Of a DNA stretch of 64,000 nucleotides, positions 20,957-30,906 are shown in pieces. This DNA comes from Candidatus Omnitrophota bacterium (GTDB lineage: Bacteria > Omnitrophota > Omnitrophia > Omnitrophales > Aquincolibacteriaceae): assembly GCA_903856085.1 (NCBI GenBank), contig CAIOAT010000013.1, positions 103,430-167,429 of the forward strand, written 5' to 3'. A model generated the notes under the pieces. It saw only the letters and a list, made by a program, of their open reading frames with translations. It did no database searches and had not been told where the DNA came from. The number at the start of each line of letters is the position of its first letter. Position 1 is the stretch's first letter. The position numbers and the translations under genes are program-made.

Positions 20957-22591
20957 TCACGGAACGTAGCTTTCATAAACCGGTTCATACATTTGGCTTT
21001 CAAGATAGGCTCGAAGATTCTCAGGCTTGGGTTGGGCCGCAAGTCCTTCACGGTAAGCAACCAAAGCGACGGCTTCCGCAATTGCGAGTGAAACCTTACG
21101 AACATCTTTGAGAGGCGGATAAATACGGCCTTTCCCAAGATCCTCTTCCGTTACTTTTTCGGCCAACGTTTTTGCGGCGACAAAGAACATCTCATCAGTC
21201 ACGTGCTGAACGCGACATGCTGTAACTCCCAAACCCACTCCCGGGAAAATATAAGCATTATTGCTCTGCCCCGGAGAAAACAGCTTCCCCTGGTAATCGA
21301 CCGGAGGGAACGGACTGCCACTTGCAAAAATAGCGCGCCCCTGGGTAAAGAAATAGGCTTGCTCTGCCGTGCATTCCGAGTGGCTTGTGGGATTCGACAT
21401 CGCGAAAACAATCGGCCTTTCGTTGATCCTGGCCATCGCCTCCAAAACCTCTTTCGTAAAAGTCCCTGGTCTTCCGGACGCGCCAAGGATCACGGTCGGC
21501 TTCACAAGCTCCACAGCGCTCAAACAATCGGATGCACCCGGCCCGTCCACCGCAAAAATCCGCTTTCGCTCATCCAGATCCGTGCGGCTCGACACCACAA
21601 GCCCTTTGGAATCCACGAACAAACACCGGCTGCGGGCTTCTTTTTCGGTAAGACCCTCTTTCATCATCGCGCCCACAACCAGACTCCCGGTCCCAAGCCC
21701 CGCTTCTCCCGCTCCCAAAAAGAGAATTTTCTGATCCTTCAAACTCCCTCCCCGGACCCTCACCGCAGAATAAAGCCCGGCCAACGCCACGCTCGCAGTT
21801 CCTTGGATATCATCATTGAACGTGCAAACACGACTGCGATATTTCTGAAGAAGATGGAAAGCATTCTCGTTGGCGAAATCCTCGAACTGGATTAGAACAT
21901 GCGGGAACACTTCGCGCGCTGCGGTCACAAACTCTTCAATAAGATCCTCATAGTCTTTCCCTCGCAAACGGGGACGCTGCATCCCGATATAAAGAGGATC
22001 TTTCAAACGCGCTTCATTATTGGTCCCAACATCCAGCGTCACCGGCAAACAATACTTCGGATGAACCCCGGCACAAGCCGTATAAAGCATGAGCTTCCCT
22101 ACGGGGATCCCCATGCCGTCCGCTCCAAGGTCCCCAAGCCCCAGGATCCTTTCCCCGTCAGTCACCACAATAATACGAACATCCTTCCGGGGCCAATCCT
22201 CAAGAACTTTCTTCATCCGCCCTTTGCATTGCGCTCCCAGGAACAAACCTTCATGACTGCTCCGGAGAATGCGCCCGTACTCCTGACACGCTTTCCCCAC
22301 GGTCGGCGTATACACGATCGGCATAATTTCCGCGAGATGATCGATGAGAAGACGGTAGAAAAGCGTTTTGTTGCGTTCCTGCAGCCCTGTCAAATAAATA
22401 TACTTTTCGAGATCCGAACTTTTGGCGCGAACATTGCTCATAGCACGTTCGACCTGATCTTCCAAGGAATCTACGCGAGCCGGAAGTAATCCCGCAAGCC
22501 CGAGGGCTTCCCTCTCCGCCTGGGTGAAAGCCGTCCCTTTATTCAGCAGGGGATCCCGCAACAGCTCTACACCTTTCGGAAGCTCGCTCAT
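20957..22591 (-). CDS. NAD(P)-dependent malic enzyme (large, eukaryotic-type).
   Basis: Strong malic enzyme motifs: VYTPTVG, FNDDIQGTASVALAG, FLGAGEAG, SNPT. The start was taken at the MSELPKG ATG. The first in-frame ATG in the ORF track is at 22648. Confidence 0.85.
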   Translation of the reverse strand: MSELPKGVELLRDPLLNKGTAFTQAEREALGLAGLLPARVDSLEDQVERAMSNVRAKSSDLEKYIYLTGLQERNKTLFYRLLIDHLAEIMPIVYTPTVGKACQEYGRILRSSHEGLFLGAQCKGRMKKVLEDWPRKDVRIIVVTDGERILGLGDLGADGMGIPVGKLMLYTACAGVHPKYCLPVTLDVGTNNEARLKDPLYIGMQRPRLRGKDYEDLIEEFVTAAREVFPHVLIQFEDFANENAFHLLQKYRSRVCTFNDDIQGTASVALAGLYSAVRVRGGSLKDQKILFLGAGEAGLGTGSLVVGAMMKEGLTEKEARSRCLFVDSKGLVVSSRTDLDERKRIFAVDGPGASDCLSAVELVKPTVILGASGRPGTFTKEVLEAMARINERPIVFAMSNPTSHSECTAEQAYFFTQGRAIFASGSPFPPVDYQGKLFSPGQSNNAYIFPGVGLGVTACRVQHVTDEMFFVAAKTLAEKVTEEDLGKGRIYPPLKDVRKVSLAIAEAVALVAYREGLAAQPKPENLRAYLESQMYEPVYESYVP

Positions 22592-22682
22592 AATATTTTT
22601 CTTCTTCATGAGAGTTAAGATCTCCTCTTCTGTTTTGCTGTCCCCCAACCGATCCTGTCAGGGAATTTTTCAGAACTTACAT

Positions 22683-22934
22683 TTAATAATTAAAAAGATC
22701 CCGATGCGCAAACTTTAGTTCGGGAAGTGCGTTATGGATCGCACTCAGAATCTTGGTTTTGGCCCTGGCGGTCAGACGCCTTCCCTTGCGCGCCTTTTGC
22801 ACCACCTTATGGGACAACTGATCGGTCGAAGCCATAACAAGCACATGGTTGGTAAGCCCGTGCTTTGTCATCAGAGTATCAAGCGGCTGCAGTCCGAAAT
22901 CGTTTTCATCTTTCATGTCTGGAGGAACGGTCAT
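22683..22934 (-). CDS. Small basic hypothetical protein (83 aa). The start codon lies inside the terminus of repeat copy B.
   Basis: ORF MTVPPDMKDENDF...KARKGRRLTARAKTKILSAIHNAL. It has no recognisable family. Its ATGACCGT start is supplied by the repeat, so it may be an ORF created by the repeat. Confidence 0.3.
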   Translation of the reverse strand: MTVPPDMKDENDFGLQPLDTLMTKHGLTNHVLVMASTDQLSHKVVQKARKGRRLTARAKTKILSAIHNALPELKFAHRDLFNY

Positions 22935-23020
22935 TGTTTAAAGTCCTGTTGTCATTAAGGTTGACCAGGAACGCCCCAATTTCAACTGCGTGAAATTGAT
23001 GGGTATTGGGACGATCATGT
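22926..23020. repeat. Palindromic repeat family, copy B (long variant).
   Basis: ACGGTCATTGTTTAAAGTCC...AAGGTTGACCAGGAACGCCCCAATTTCAACTGCGTGAAATTGATGGGTATTGGGACGATCATGTCTGAAGC. The CCCAATTTCA/TGAAATTG stem can form a hairpin. Its terminal ACGnTCAT(T)GT motifs are repeated directly. Confidence 0.7.
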
Positions 23021-24028
23021 CTGAAGCTTGCTAACAGCGGCGAGCAAGTCCTTTGTCGCGGGATATTTCTTGAGCTGTTCAATCAGCGCGCTGATCGCTT
23101 CAATAGGTTTAAGGCCGGCCAAGGCACGGCGTATCCGGCGCGCGGGTTCCAGCTCCTCAAGCGTAAAAAGAAGTTCTTCTTTGCGTGTTCCGCTTTTTGA
23201 TATATCCACAGCCGGATAAATGCGCTGGTTCGAAATTTCGCGGGATAGAAATATCTCCATATTGCCGGTCCCTTTAAACTCTTCGAAGATGAGCTGGTCC
23301 ATACGGCTTCCGGTGTCAACCAGAATCGTCGCGAGGATCGTAAGCGATCCTCCGTGCTCGATCTTGCGAGCAGATCCAAAAATTCGCCGCGGAACTTCCA
23401 TCGAACGCGCATCCACGCCTCCGGAAAGTGTCCGGCCGCTGGAACGTTGTTCTGCGTTATGCACACGAGCCAAGCGGGTCAGGGAATCAACCAGCACCAT
23501 GACGTTGGCACCTGCCGCTACCTCGCGATACACTTGCTGCATGAGCTCTCGGGCAGTCTGGATATGATGATCGTAAGGTTGATCGGAGGATGACCACCGG
23601 ACCTCGGCCGTCACACTGCGCCGGAAATCTGTGACTTCTTCAGGCCTTTCATCGATCAAAAGACAATAAAGCTTCATCTCCGGACGGCTTTTGGCGACGG
23701 CCTGGCAAAGATGCTTGAGGAAAGTTGTTTTTCCGGAACCCGGAGGAGCCACGATCAATCCGCGCTGCCCCATACCGATCGGCGCAATGAGATCCATGAC
23801 ACGCATCGTCAGCTCTTCCGAACCATTTTCAAGGCGGATACGCGGCGATGGATCGACGGCGGTGCTGGCAAAAAATTTCTGCTCGTCTTCAGCCACAACA
23901 CGTCGGGGTTCTTCATGCGGGGGTCTGTAAGTAGGACGGTGAGGATTGGGACCGCGGTTTGAGTAACGTTCTCCGCGGGATCTTTGAGGCCCACTCCCTG
24001 AACGTTCCCGGTGTTCAAAATTTCTCAT
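23015..24028 (-). CDS. rho: Transcription termination factor Rho: RecA-like ATPase core only, with the canonical N-terminal RNA-binding domain absent.
   Basis: The C-terminal ~280 aa align throughout to E. coli Rho: [82 protein letters not shown]. The start was taken at the MRNFEH ATG (24028), overlapping the ABC-F stop as ATGA. Upstream of the core there are only ~50 aa of R/G/P-rich sequence. Confidence 0.8.
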   Translation of the reverse strand: [337 protein letters not shown]

Positions 24029-25833
24029 GGTTGAAGTTTTCCCATTTTTCTTTCTAAAGAGCTCCACTCGGCCTCGGCAGCTTCAATCTGGATCTGCAGC
24101 TCCTTTAAGCGCACGTTGCGATCTTTGGAAAAATGGAGCGGGTTCTTCGCTATCTCTTCGAGAACTTTATTCCGTTCTTCGGTAAAATGCCGCGCACGCC
24201 CCTCGGCCTTTTCCATCCCCTTGCGAAGTTTTGAAAGCTCAGCTTTATGCTCATCCTTTTTAGGCTGCTGGACTTCAACATTGAGTCTGGAAGCAGCACT
24301 TTGGGAAGATGCAGACCCGCTATCCTCATCAGTATCTTCTTCCTCCCCTCGAGCCACCTGCTCCAGGTGATAAACATAATCCTCATAACTTCCGGGATAA
24401 TGGAGGATACGGCCTTTCTTCACTTCGAGAATGCTTGAGGCCAGAAGATTGACAAAGGTCCGATCATGGCTGATGAAAACCACAGTGCCGGAGAATGTCT
24501 TGAGCGCGCGCCCCAAAGCTTCCACAGTCTCGAAATCCAGATGGTTCGTCGGCTCGTCCAGAAGCAGGACATGGCTCTTTGAAAGAAGGATTCCCGCCAA
24601 AACGAGTCGCGCCCGCTCGCCGCCACTGAGAACCTTCACCTTCTTTTCGACATCATCCCCTTTAAAAAGAAAGCATCCGGCCATATTAAGCACATCCTGA
24701 CGGGTCACGCCATCCGAGCTCTCGCGCAAAAGATAAGTGTACACATCATCGTCCGGGTCAAGCACCGCAAAGACATGCTGGGCATAATAAGCGACTTTAA
24801 GCCCTGTTCCCCAGCGAAAGCTACCGCCTTTGGACACGAGATCTCCCGCCAGAGTCCTGAGGAATGTCGTCTTTCCTTCACCGTTATTGCCGAGCACCGC
24901 GACATGCTTTCCACGATCGATCTCAACCTGGATGCCGCGCGCAATATCTTTTTCCGGATAACCGATCACAAGATCTTCGCAGGTCACCGCGACCCCCGCT
25001 TTCGGCTCCACAGGTGGGATATGGATCTTGACCGTGCTCATCGGATGCGCGATTTCGATCGTCTTGAGTTTTGAGAGCTGTTTCATCTTTGACTGGGCGC
25101 GCGTCGCCGTGGAGGCCTTGGCCTTAAACCGGTCAATAAAAGTCTGCAGTTGTTCGCGCTTTTTGTCGAGCCCGCGATTGTAGGCCTGCTTTTGCGCGAG
25201 TTGTTCTTCCTTAAACTCGAAATATTCTTCGATATCCCCGGGGAAAAGAGCAAGTCCTCCGTGCTCAACCTCGAGAGTATGGTCGCAAGTCCGCTTCAGA
25301 AACTCCCGGTCGTGGGAAACCACCAGATATCCGCCTCTGAAATTAAGCAGAAAATTCTCCAGCAGGATCAACGTGCTTAGATCCAAATAATTGCTAGGTT
25401 CGTCAAGAATCAGGAAATTGGGATCACCCAGGAGCATCGCCGCAAGCTTCACGCGGGTCTGGAAACCTCCCGGAAGATTCCGCACAGATTCTTCGAGGAT
25501 CTCGTTTTTAAGCTGGAACCGCGCAGCGATCTGCCCGCATTCCCAATGCTCGCTCCGTGTGGTGCGCATCAAGAAATCCACCACCCGCTCGCCGGGCTTG
25601 AAGGTGTCATGCTGTTCGAGATAGGAAAGACGCAGCGCAGCATTACGCGTGATAGTACCGCTGTCGGCCGATTCGTGTCCGGTGATGATGCGGCAAAGCG
25701 TGGATTTCCCGGCACCGTTTCGACCGATCACGCCGATCTTTTGGTCATCACCAAAAGACGCCGTCGCGGCATCCAGGATCGTCACAGCGCCGTAGGCTTT
25801 ATGAAGCTCGTTAACTTGTAAAAGGACGGTCAT
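24025..25833 (-). CDS. ABC-F family ATPase (two ABC domains plus a C-terminal coiled coil; Uup/EttA-like).
   Basis: Two Walker A motifs (GRNGAGKST, GNNGEGKTT), two LSGG signatures and a charged coiled-coil C-terminus. The MTV start codon lies in the terminus of repeat copy C. Confidence 0.85.
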   Translation of the reverse strand: MTVLLQVNELHKAYGAVTILDAATASFGDDQKIGVIGRNGAGKSTLCRIITGHESADSGTITRNAALRLSYLEQHDTFKPGERVVDFLMRTTRSEHWECGQIAARFQLKNEILEESVRNLPGGFQTRVKLAAMLLGDPNFLILDEPSNYLDLSTLILLENFLLNFRGGYLVVSHDREFLKRTCDHTLEVEHGGLALFPGDIEEYFEFKEEQLAQKQAYNRGLDKKREQLQTFIDRFKAKASTATRAQSKMKQLSKLKTIEIAHPMSTVKIHIPPVEPKAGVAVTCEDLVIGYPEKDIARGIQVEIDRGKHVAVLGNNGEGKTTFLRTLAGDLVSKGGSFRWGTGLKVAYYAQHVFAVLDPDDDVYTYLLRESSDGVTRQDVLNMAGCFLFKGDDVEKKVKVLSGGERARLVLAGILLSKSHVLLLDEPTNHLDFETVEALGRALKTFSGTVVFISHDRTFVNLLASSILEVKKGRILHYPGSYEDYVYHLEQVARGEEEDTDEDSGSASSQSAASRLNVEVQQPKKDEHKAELSKLRKGMEKAEGRARHFTEERNKVLEEIAKNPLHFSKDRNVRLKELQIQIEAAEAEWSSLERKMGKLQP

Positions 25834-25940
25834 TGTCTAAAATTCTTTTCTATTACGGTTGGTAATAACCGCCCCAATCTCAGCATTGCTTCGATTGATG
25901 GGTAATGGGACGTTCATTGTTTAAGATTCTATTTTATGGG
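25824..25940. repeat. Palindromic repeat family, copy C (long variant).
   Basis: GGACGGTCATTGTCTAAAATTC...GGTTGGTAATAACCGCCCCAATCTCAGCATTGCTTCGATTGATGGGTAATGGGACGTTCATTGTTTAAGATTC. A direct repeat of ~22 nt sits at both ends. It is nearly identical to copy G inside waaA. Confidence 0.7.
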
Positions 25941-25973
25941 ATCCATGTTAAATAAAGATGGAAAGACTACTGA

Positions 25974-27116
25974 TCACGCGCGCGAGACGATGATCTTTGC
26001 CACAGCATCCGGCGTGATGTCGCCGTGTTCTCCGAAAACCGAGTCCCTCTCCGCAAAACGTTCACGCACTTTGCGCGCGGCTTCCTTGGCGGAGATCTTA
26101 TAGTCGCCAAAGCGCGTCGGCATCGCAACGGAATGAAAAAACGCTTCGGTTTTCATAATGGCCTCTTTCGCGGTCTTGACGTTCCAGACACGTCGGCCGT
26201 ATTGTTCCAACTTTTTCTTTTTAGCGGTCAATTTGTACTGCCAAACCCCCGGCAGAACGACCGCCAAGGTCTCGGCGTGATCGAGTCCGTAAAAAGCGGT
26301 CAGCTCGTGGGCGATCATGTGAGTCGACCAATCTTGCGGCACGCCGCAACCGATCAAGGTGTTCAGCGCAAGCGTCGCGCTCCACATAAACGTCGCGCGG
26401 GCTTCATAATCCTTCGGTTTTTTCAAAGCTGTGGGCGCTACTTCGAGCAAAGTTTGAAGAAGCGATTCCGCCATCCGGTCCTGAAGCGGCGCATTCGCAG
26501 GATACGTCATGTACTGCTCCATAACATGCACAAAAGCGTCCACGATCCCATTGCGTATTTGCTTCGAAGGCAATGAAAAGGTTGTTTCGGGATCCAATAC
26601 GGAAAACTGCGGAAACACATAAGGCGAGAAGAAGTGAAGCTTTTCCTGGGTCGCCTTCCGGGAGATCACGGAGTTTCCGTTCGATTCGGAACCTGTCGCG
26701 GGAAGCGTCAGCACGGTCCCGAGCGGAAGCGCTGCTTTGACGTTGGTACCATGTTCCCGAAGAATCGACCATGGATCCTGGCCCGTGAAACACGCTGCGG
26801 CCGCGATGAATTTGGCAGCATCCAGGACCGAGCCTCCACCCACCGCGAGAATAAAACCAAGCTTCTCTTTTTTAACAATTTCAACGGCCTTGAGGCAGGT
26901 CTCATAGAGTGGATTCGATTCAATGCCGCCAAATTCGGTCATGCGATGACCCTTGAGGACAGCTCTTACCTGTTCATAAACGCCGTTCTTTTTGATCGAC
27001 CCACCGCCATAGAGAAAAAGCACGGAGAGATCCTTGGGAATTCGCCCCGCGATCTCGCGGATCATGCCCTTGCCGAAGAGAATCTCGGTGGGATTTTTAT
27101 AAACAAAATTCTGCAT
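25974..27116 (-). CDS. Iron-containing alcohol dehydrogenase family protein.
   Basis: 380 aa with LAVGGGSVLDAAKFIA and the conserved His-rich metal site (H...H) typical of Fe-ADH. Confidence 0.85.
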   Translation of the reverse strand: MQNFVYKNPTEILFGKGMIREIAGRIPKDLSVLFLYGGGSIKKNGVYEQVRAVLKGHRMTEFGGIESNPLYETCLKAVEIVKKEKLGFILAVGGGSVLDAAKFIAAAACFTGQDPWSILREHGTNVKAALPLGTVLTLPATGSESNGNSVISRKATQEKLHFFSPYVFPQFSVLDPETTFSLPSKQIRNGIVDAFVHVMEQYMTYPANAPLQDRMAESLLQTLLEVAPTALKKPKDYEARATFMWSATLALNTLIGCGVPQDWSTHMIAHELTAFYGLDHAETLAVVLPGVWQYKLTAKKKKLEQYGRRVWNVKTAKEAIMKTEAFFHSVAMPTRFGDYKISAKEAARKVRERFAERDSVFGEHGDITPDAVAKIIVSRA

Positions 27117-27226
27117 TCATAACTCCTATGAAATCGATACAAACATCACGCGTTACCGGAGGGCTCGCTCAAGATCAGGCGCCGCAACAACCCGCTTGTT
27201 TAGCACCGTTTTCCATTTGATTTTGC

Positions 27227-27302
27227 GGGTTAACGGTACAATCCAATTCTTAGCAATCTCCGCAAACCGGAAATTGGGGCAGTCCTCGTCAACCCTTCAG
27301 GG
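27227..27302. repeat. Palindromic repeat family, copy E (both arms present).
   Basis: GGGTTAACGGTACAATCCAATTCTTAGC...GGAAATTGGGGCAGTCCTCGTCAACCC. The arms are imperfect reverse complements. Confidence 0.65.
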
Positions 27303-27360
27303 AACAAACTCCAAGACGAGGGCAGCACTGCAAATGCGCAAAATCAATAATAACGCAGCG

Positions 27361-28800
27361 CTAGTACTTGTAGTGCTCGGATTTGTAGGGACCGTCGAAA
27401 GGAACGTCAAGATACTCGGACTGCTTTTTCGTAAGCTTCGTAAGCCGGGCACCCAGTTTGTCCAAATGGAGCCGAGCCACTTCCTCATCGAGCTTCTTCT
27501 CAAGGCGATACACACCGGGCTTCTTGGGATTCATCACCAGATCGATCTGCGCGAGCGTCTGATTCGTAAAAGAATTCGACATCACGAAGCTCGGATGGCC
27601 TGTAGCACAACCCAGGTTCACAAGCCGGCCTTCGGCGAGCAGGATGATCGAGTGTCCATCCGGAAAAACATATTTATCGACTTGCGGCTTGATATTGATC
27701 CGCTTCACGCCCGGCCATTTCTGAAGTTGGACGACCTGGATCTCATTGTCAAAATGTCCGATGTTGCAGACGATGGACTCGTCCTTCATTTTAGACATGT
27801 GTTCGGCGGTAATGACATCGATATTGCCAGTCGTGGTCACGTAAATATCCCCAATATCAAGAACATCCTCGATGCGTGCAACCTGGAAACCGGCCATAGT
27901 CGCTTGAAGCGCGCAAATCGGATCGATTTCCGTCACAATGACGCGAGCCCCAAAACCATGCATGGCCTGAGCACTGCCTTTGCCAACATCCCCGTAACCC
28001 AATACCACGGCGACCTTGCCCGCGATCATCACATCCGTCGCGCGCTTGATGCCATCCGCCAAAGACTCGCGGCAGCCGTAAAGATTGTCGAATTTGGATT
28101 TGGTCACAGAATCGTTCACGTTTATGGCCGGAACCAAAAGTTTCCCCTGTTCCTGCATTTTGTAAAGCCGATGAACGCCGGTCGTCGTTTCCTCGGAAAC
28201 GCCTTCCCATTCTTTGACCACGCCGTGCCATTTCTTAGGCTCATCCTTCATGATCTTTTTGAGAAGTTTGAACAATTCAATCTCATCCTGCGTGTCAACC
28301 TTCTTATCGAGGATCTTGGGGTTCTTCTCCGCATCATAACCCAGATGGATCATGAGCGTTGCATCGCCGCCGTCATCCACGATAAGATTCGGCCCCTTGC
28401 CACCCGGAAAATTGAGCGCTTGAAGCGTGCACCACCAATATTCCTCCAGAGTCTCTCCTTTCCACGCGAAGACCGGAATGCCTTTGACAGCCAAAGCCGC
28501 CGCGGCATGATCTTGGGTGGAGAAAATATTACAGGAACACCAACGGACGTCCGCCCCGAGCTCAATCAAAGTCTCGATCAGAACCGCCGTCTGGATCGTC
28601 ATGTGAAGACTGCCCATGATCCGCTTGCCCTTGAGAGGTTTCTGGGGCCCGTACTTCTTGCGGGTCGCCATTAACCCTGGCATTTCTTTCTCGGCCATAT
28701 CGAGCTCTTTGCGACCCCAATCAGCAAGCGAAAGGTCCGCGACCTTGAAATCGCGTTTCAATTTAAGAGCAGGGACTGTCTTCTGAGCTTTTTTCTTCAT
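27361..28800 (-). CDS. ahcY: Adenosylhomocysteinase.
   Basis: 479 aa. N-terminus [20 protein letters not shown]-binding [10 protein letters not shown] and HFDNEI motifs. Confidence 0.9.
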   Translation of the reverse strand: MKKKAQKTVPALKLKRDFKVADLSLADWGRKELDMAEKEMPGLMATRKKYGPQKPLKGKRIMGSLHMTIQTAVLIETLIELGADVRWCSCNIFSTQDHAAAALAVKGIPVFAWKGETLEEYWWCTLQALNFPGGKGPNLIVDDGGDATLMIHLGYDAEKNPKILDKKVDTQDEIELFKLLKKIMKDEPKKWHGVVKEWEGVSEETTTGVHRLYKMQEQGKLLVPAINVNDSVTKSKFDNLYGCRESLADGIKRATDVMIAGKVAVVLGYGDVGKGSAQAMHGFGARVIVTEIDPICALQATMAGFQVARIEDVLDIGDIYVTTTGNIDVITAEHMSKMKDESIVCNIGHFDNEIQVVQLQKWPGVKRINIKPQVDKYVFPDGHSIILLAEGRLVNLGCATGHPSFVMSNSFTNQTLAQIDLVMNPKKPGVYRLEKKLDEEVARLHLDKLGARLTKLTKKQSEYLDVPFDGPYKSEHYKY

Positions 28801-28814
28801 GTTCTAAAATTTCT

Positions 28815-28912
28815 TTCTGTAAGGTTGACCATGCCCGCCCAATTCTCCGCCTTCTTTTGATTCACGGTGAATTGGACGGTCATGCTTACCCGTTGATTTG
28901 GAATTGAATAGT
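28815..28912. repeat. Palindromic repeat family, copy D.
   Basis: AAGGTTGACCATGCCCGCCCAATTCTCCGCCTTCTTTTGATTCACGGTGAATTGGACGGTCATGCTTACC. It lies in the ahcY leader. It also contains an ATGACCGTC-initiated 28-codon frame that ends on the ahcY ATG. Confidence 0.65.
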
Positions 28913-28946
28913 ATGGTGACCGCCGCGGCCTTTTTCTTTTCTTAAA

Positions 28947-30134
28947 TTAAGCTGCGCAAGTCACTTTGCTGCAACCGCAGTTGTCTTTGAGTTTCAACGC
29001 CTTCCGGAGTTGATCGACCGCGTCTGTTTTTTCCCACGTAAAGCCGGCTTCCGTACGGCCAAAGTGCCCGTACGCGGCGGTTTTATTGTATATGGGACGA
29101 CGAAGATCGAGCGTTGCGATGATCCCCTTTGGCGTGAAATCAAACACTTTGCGGACCGCTTCGACGATCGCTTCGTCATCGATCTTGCTGGTCCCGAACG
29201 TATCCACTCGTATCGACACAGGTTCCGCCACGCCGATCGCGTAGGAGACCTGGATCTCGCAACGTTTGGCAATGCCGGCTGCAACGATATTCTTTGCGAC
29301 GTAACGGGCAAAATACGCGGCCGAGCGATCCACCTTGGAAGGATCCTTCCCGCTAAACGCACCACCCCCGTGACGGCCCATGCCACCATAAGTGTCCACG
29401 ATGATCTTGCGACCCGTAAGACCTGTGTCTCCGTGCGGTCCACCTACCTCGAAACGTCCGGTCGGATTGATGAAGATCTTGGTGTTCTTATCCATCAAGT
29501 TAGCCGGAATGACCTTCTTGATGACTTTCTCGATCAGATCCTTGGTGATCGTCGGAAGCGTCACATCCCCGTCATGTTGGGAGCTCAGCACCACGGCGTC
29601 TACACGCACCGGCACATCACCATCATATTCCACCGTAACCTGGCTCTTTGAATCCGGCCGGAGATACGTGATCTTGCCGCTTTTACGAACCGCGGTCAAA
29701 TAGCGAACGAGTTTTTGAGCGAGCATGATCGGAAGCGGCATAAGTTCTTTCGTCTCATTCGACGCAAAACCGAACATCATGCCCTGGTCTCCGGCGCCGC
29801 CTGTATCAACACCCATCGCGATATCGGGAGACTGGGTATGGAGTGCAATATCAACCCGGCAAGTCTTGTAATCGAAACCGATCGAGGGGTCCACATAGCC
29901 GATCTTACGGATGACCTCGCGAGCAACCTTTTCGGCATTAACTTTGGTCTTGCTCGTAATCTCTCCGGCGATGGTCAAGCGGTCCGTCGTGGCCAGGCAT
30001 TCGCAGGCCACGCGCGACGCGGGATCGCCCGCGAGATAAGCATCAAGAATGGCATCAGAAACCTGGTCGCAGACCTTGTCCGGATGCCCTTCAGAAACGG
30101 ATTCAGAAGTGAAGAAATAATGCCCTTTTTTCAT
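28947..30134 (-). CDS. metK: S-adenosylmethionine synthetase.
   Basis: [27 protein letters not shown]..., GGGAFSGKD and DRSAAY motifs. The start was set at the MKKGH ATG (30134). The 136 extra N-terminal codons in the ORF track are read-through into the neighbouring gene. Confidence 0.9.
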   Translation of the reverse strand: MKKGHYFFTSESVSEGHPDKVCDQVSDAILDAYLAGDPASRVACECLATTDRLTIAGEITSKTKVNAEKVAREVIRKIGYVDPSIGFDYKTCRVDIALHTQSPDIAMGVDTGGAGDQGMMFGFASNETKELMPLPIMLAQKLVRYLTAVRKSGKITYLRPDSKSQVTVEYDGDVPVRVDAVVLSSQHDGDVTLPTITKDLIEKVIKKVIPANLMDKNTKIFINPTGRFEVGGPHGDTGLTGRKIIVDTYGGMGRHGGGAFSGKDPSKVDRSAAYFARYVAKNIVAAGIAKRCEIQVSYAIGVAEPVSIRVDTFGTSKIDDEAIVEAVRKVFDFTPKGIIATLDLRRPIYNKTAAYGHFGRTEAGFTWEKTDAVDQLRKALKLKDNCGCSKVTCAA

Positions 30135-30141
30135 AGTGGTG

Positions 30142-30906
30142 TTACTCCTTTGGATTTTTTGGGGTGTTAACGATGGCGTTGGCTTTCTGATAAGAGGCAA
30201 GGTCGCCGATATCCAACCATTTTCCCTTAAGAGAAAAAGCAAAGAGGCCCGCTGTTTCAGCCAGCCAACGCATATAATGGCCGGGTTGGTCGGTATTATG
30301 GCCGCTTGTGATATACCTGTCAAGCAGGCTCCAGGTCTCCTTGGGGAGCCAATAGATGCCACTGGAGGCAAGCGTAGTAGTCGGTTGGGGCGGTTTTTCC
30401 TGAAATTCCAGGATCTTCCCTCCGGCATCGGTCCTGACCAACCCATAACGCTTGGCGAGTTCCTTATCCCCGACATCGTAGACCGCAATAATGCCGTGCG
30501 GCCTTTTCTTTTTCCCGAAATCAACAAACGATGCCAGATCAAAATCGAAGAAATTGTCTCCCGCGATCACTAAAAGATCACAAGGATCGACCTTCTCCGT
30601 CTTGATCACGTACGCCAGATCTCCGATAGCTCCAAGACGGTTCTCGTTACTCGTGGTGTGATCATTCACGACCTTGACCGGCCAGGGGTATTTTACTTTT
30701 GCAGCCCATGATTCGAAATGCCCCGCGAATTTCTGATTGCTCACCAAATAAACGACCTCTACCCCTTGGACTTTTTCGACGCGTTCCAGAATCCACTCCA
30801 AAATAGGCTTATTCCCCACCGGAAGCAGGGGTTTCGGAAGATTTTCGGTGAGAGGATAAAGACGCGTCGCGTATCCCGCGCAGAGAATGATGACTTTTAA
30901 GCCCAT
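30142..30906 (-). CDS. Sugar-phosphate nucleotidyltransferase (mannose-1-phosphate guanylyltransferase-like or HddC-like).
   Basis: N-terminal [26 protein letters not shown] nucleotidyltransferase motif. 254 aa. Confidence 0.7.
   Translation of the reverse strand: MGLKVIILCAGYATRLYPLTENLPKPLLPVGNKPILEWILERVEKVQGVEVVYLVSNQKFAGHFESWAAKVKYPWPVKVVNDHTTSNENRLGAIGDLAYVIKTEKVDPCDLLVIAGDNFFDFDLASFVDFGKKKRPHGIIAVYDVGDKELAKRYGLVRTDAGGKILEFQEKPPQPTTTLASSGIYWLPKETWSLLDRYITSGHNTDQPGHYMRWLAETAGLFAFSLKGKWLDIGDLASYQKANAIVNTPKNPKE

Noticed and set aside
24028-24067. Longer Rho start (MELFRKKNGKTST…) overlapping the ABC-F 3' end by 43 nt.
   Set aside because: The internal ATG at 24028 gives the common ATGA stop/start overlap with the ABC-F gene. 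Either start still leaves Rho without its N-terminal domain.
27196-28674. 492-aa plus-strand ORF.
   Set aside because: It is antisense to ahcY, which has unambiguous adenosylhomocysteinase motifs.
28900-28946. Possible terminator GCCGCGGC followed by TTTTTCTTTTC downstream of metK.
   Set aside because: The GC segment is a loop-less palindrome that cannot form a hairpin. The T-run is on the plus strand, which is the wrong strand for the minus-strand metK transcript.
30135-30542. 136-codon N-terminal extension of the metK ORF in the six-frame track.
   Set aside because: It is read-through into the neighbouring nucleotidyltransferase gene in another frame. MetK homology begins at the [11 protein letters not shown] (30134).
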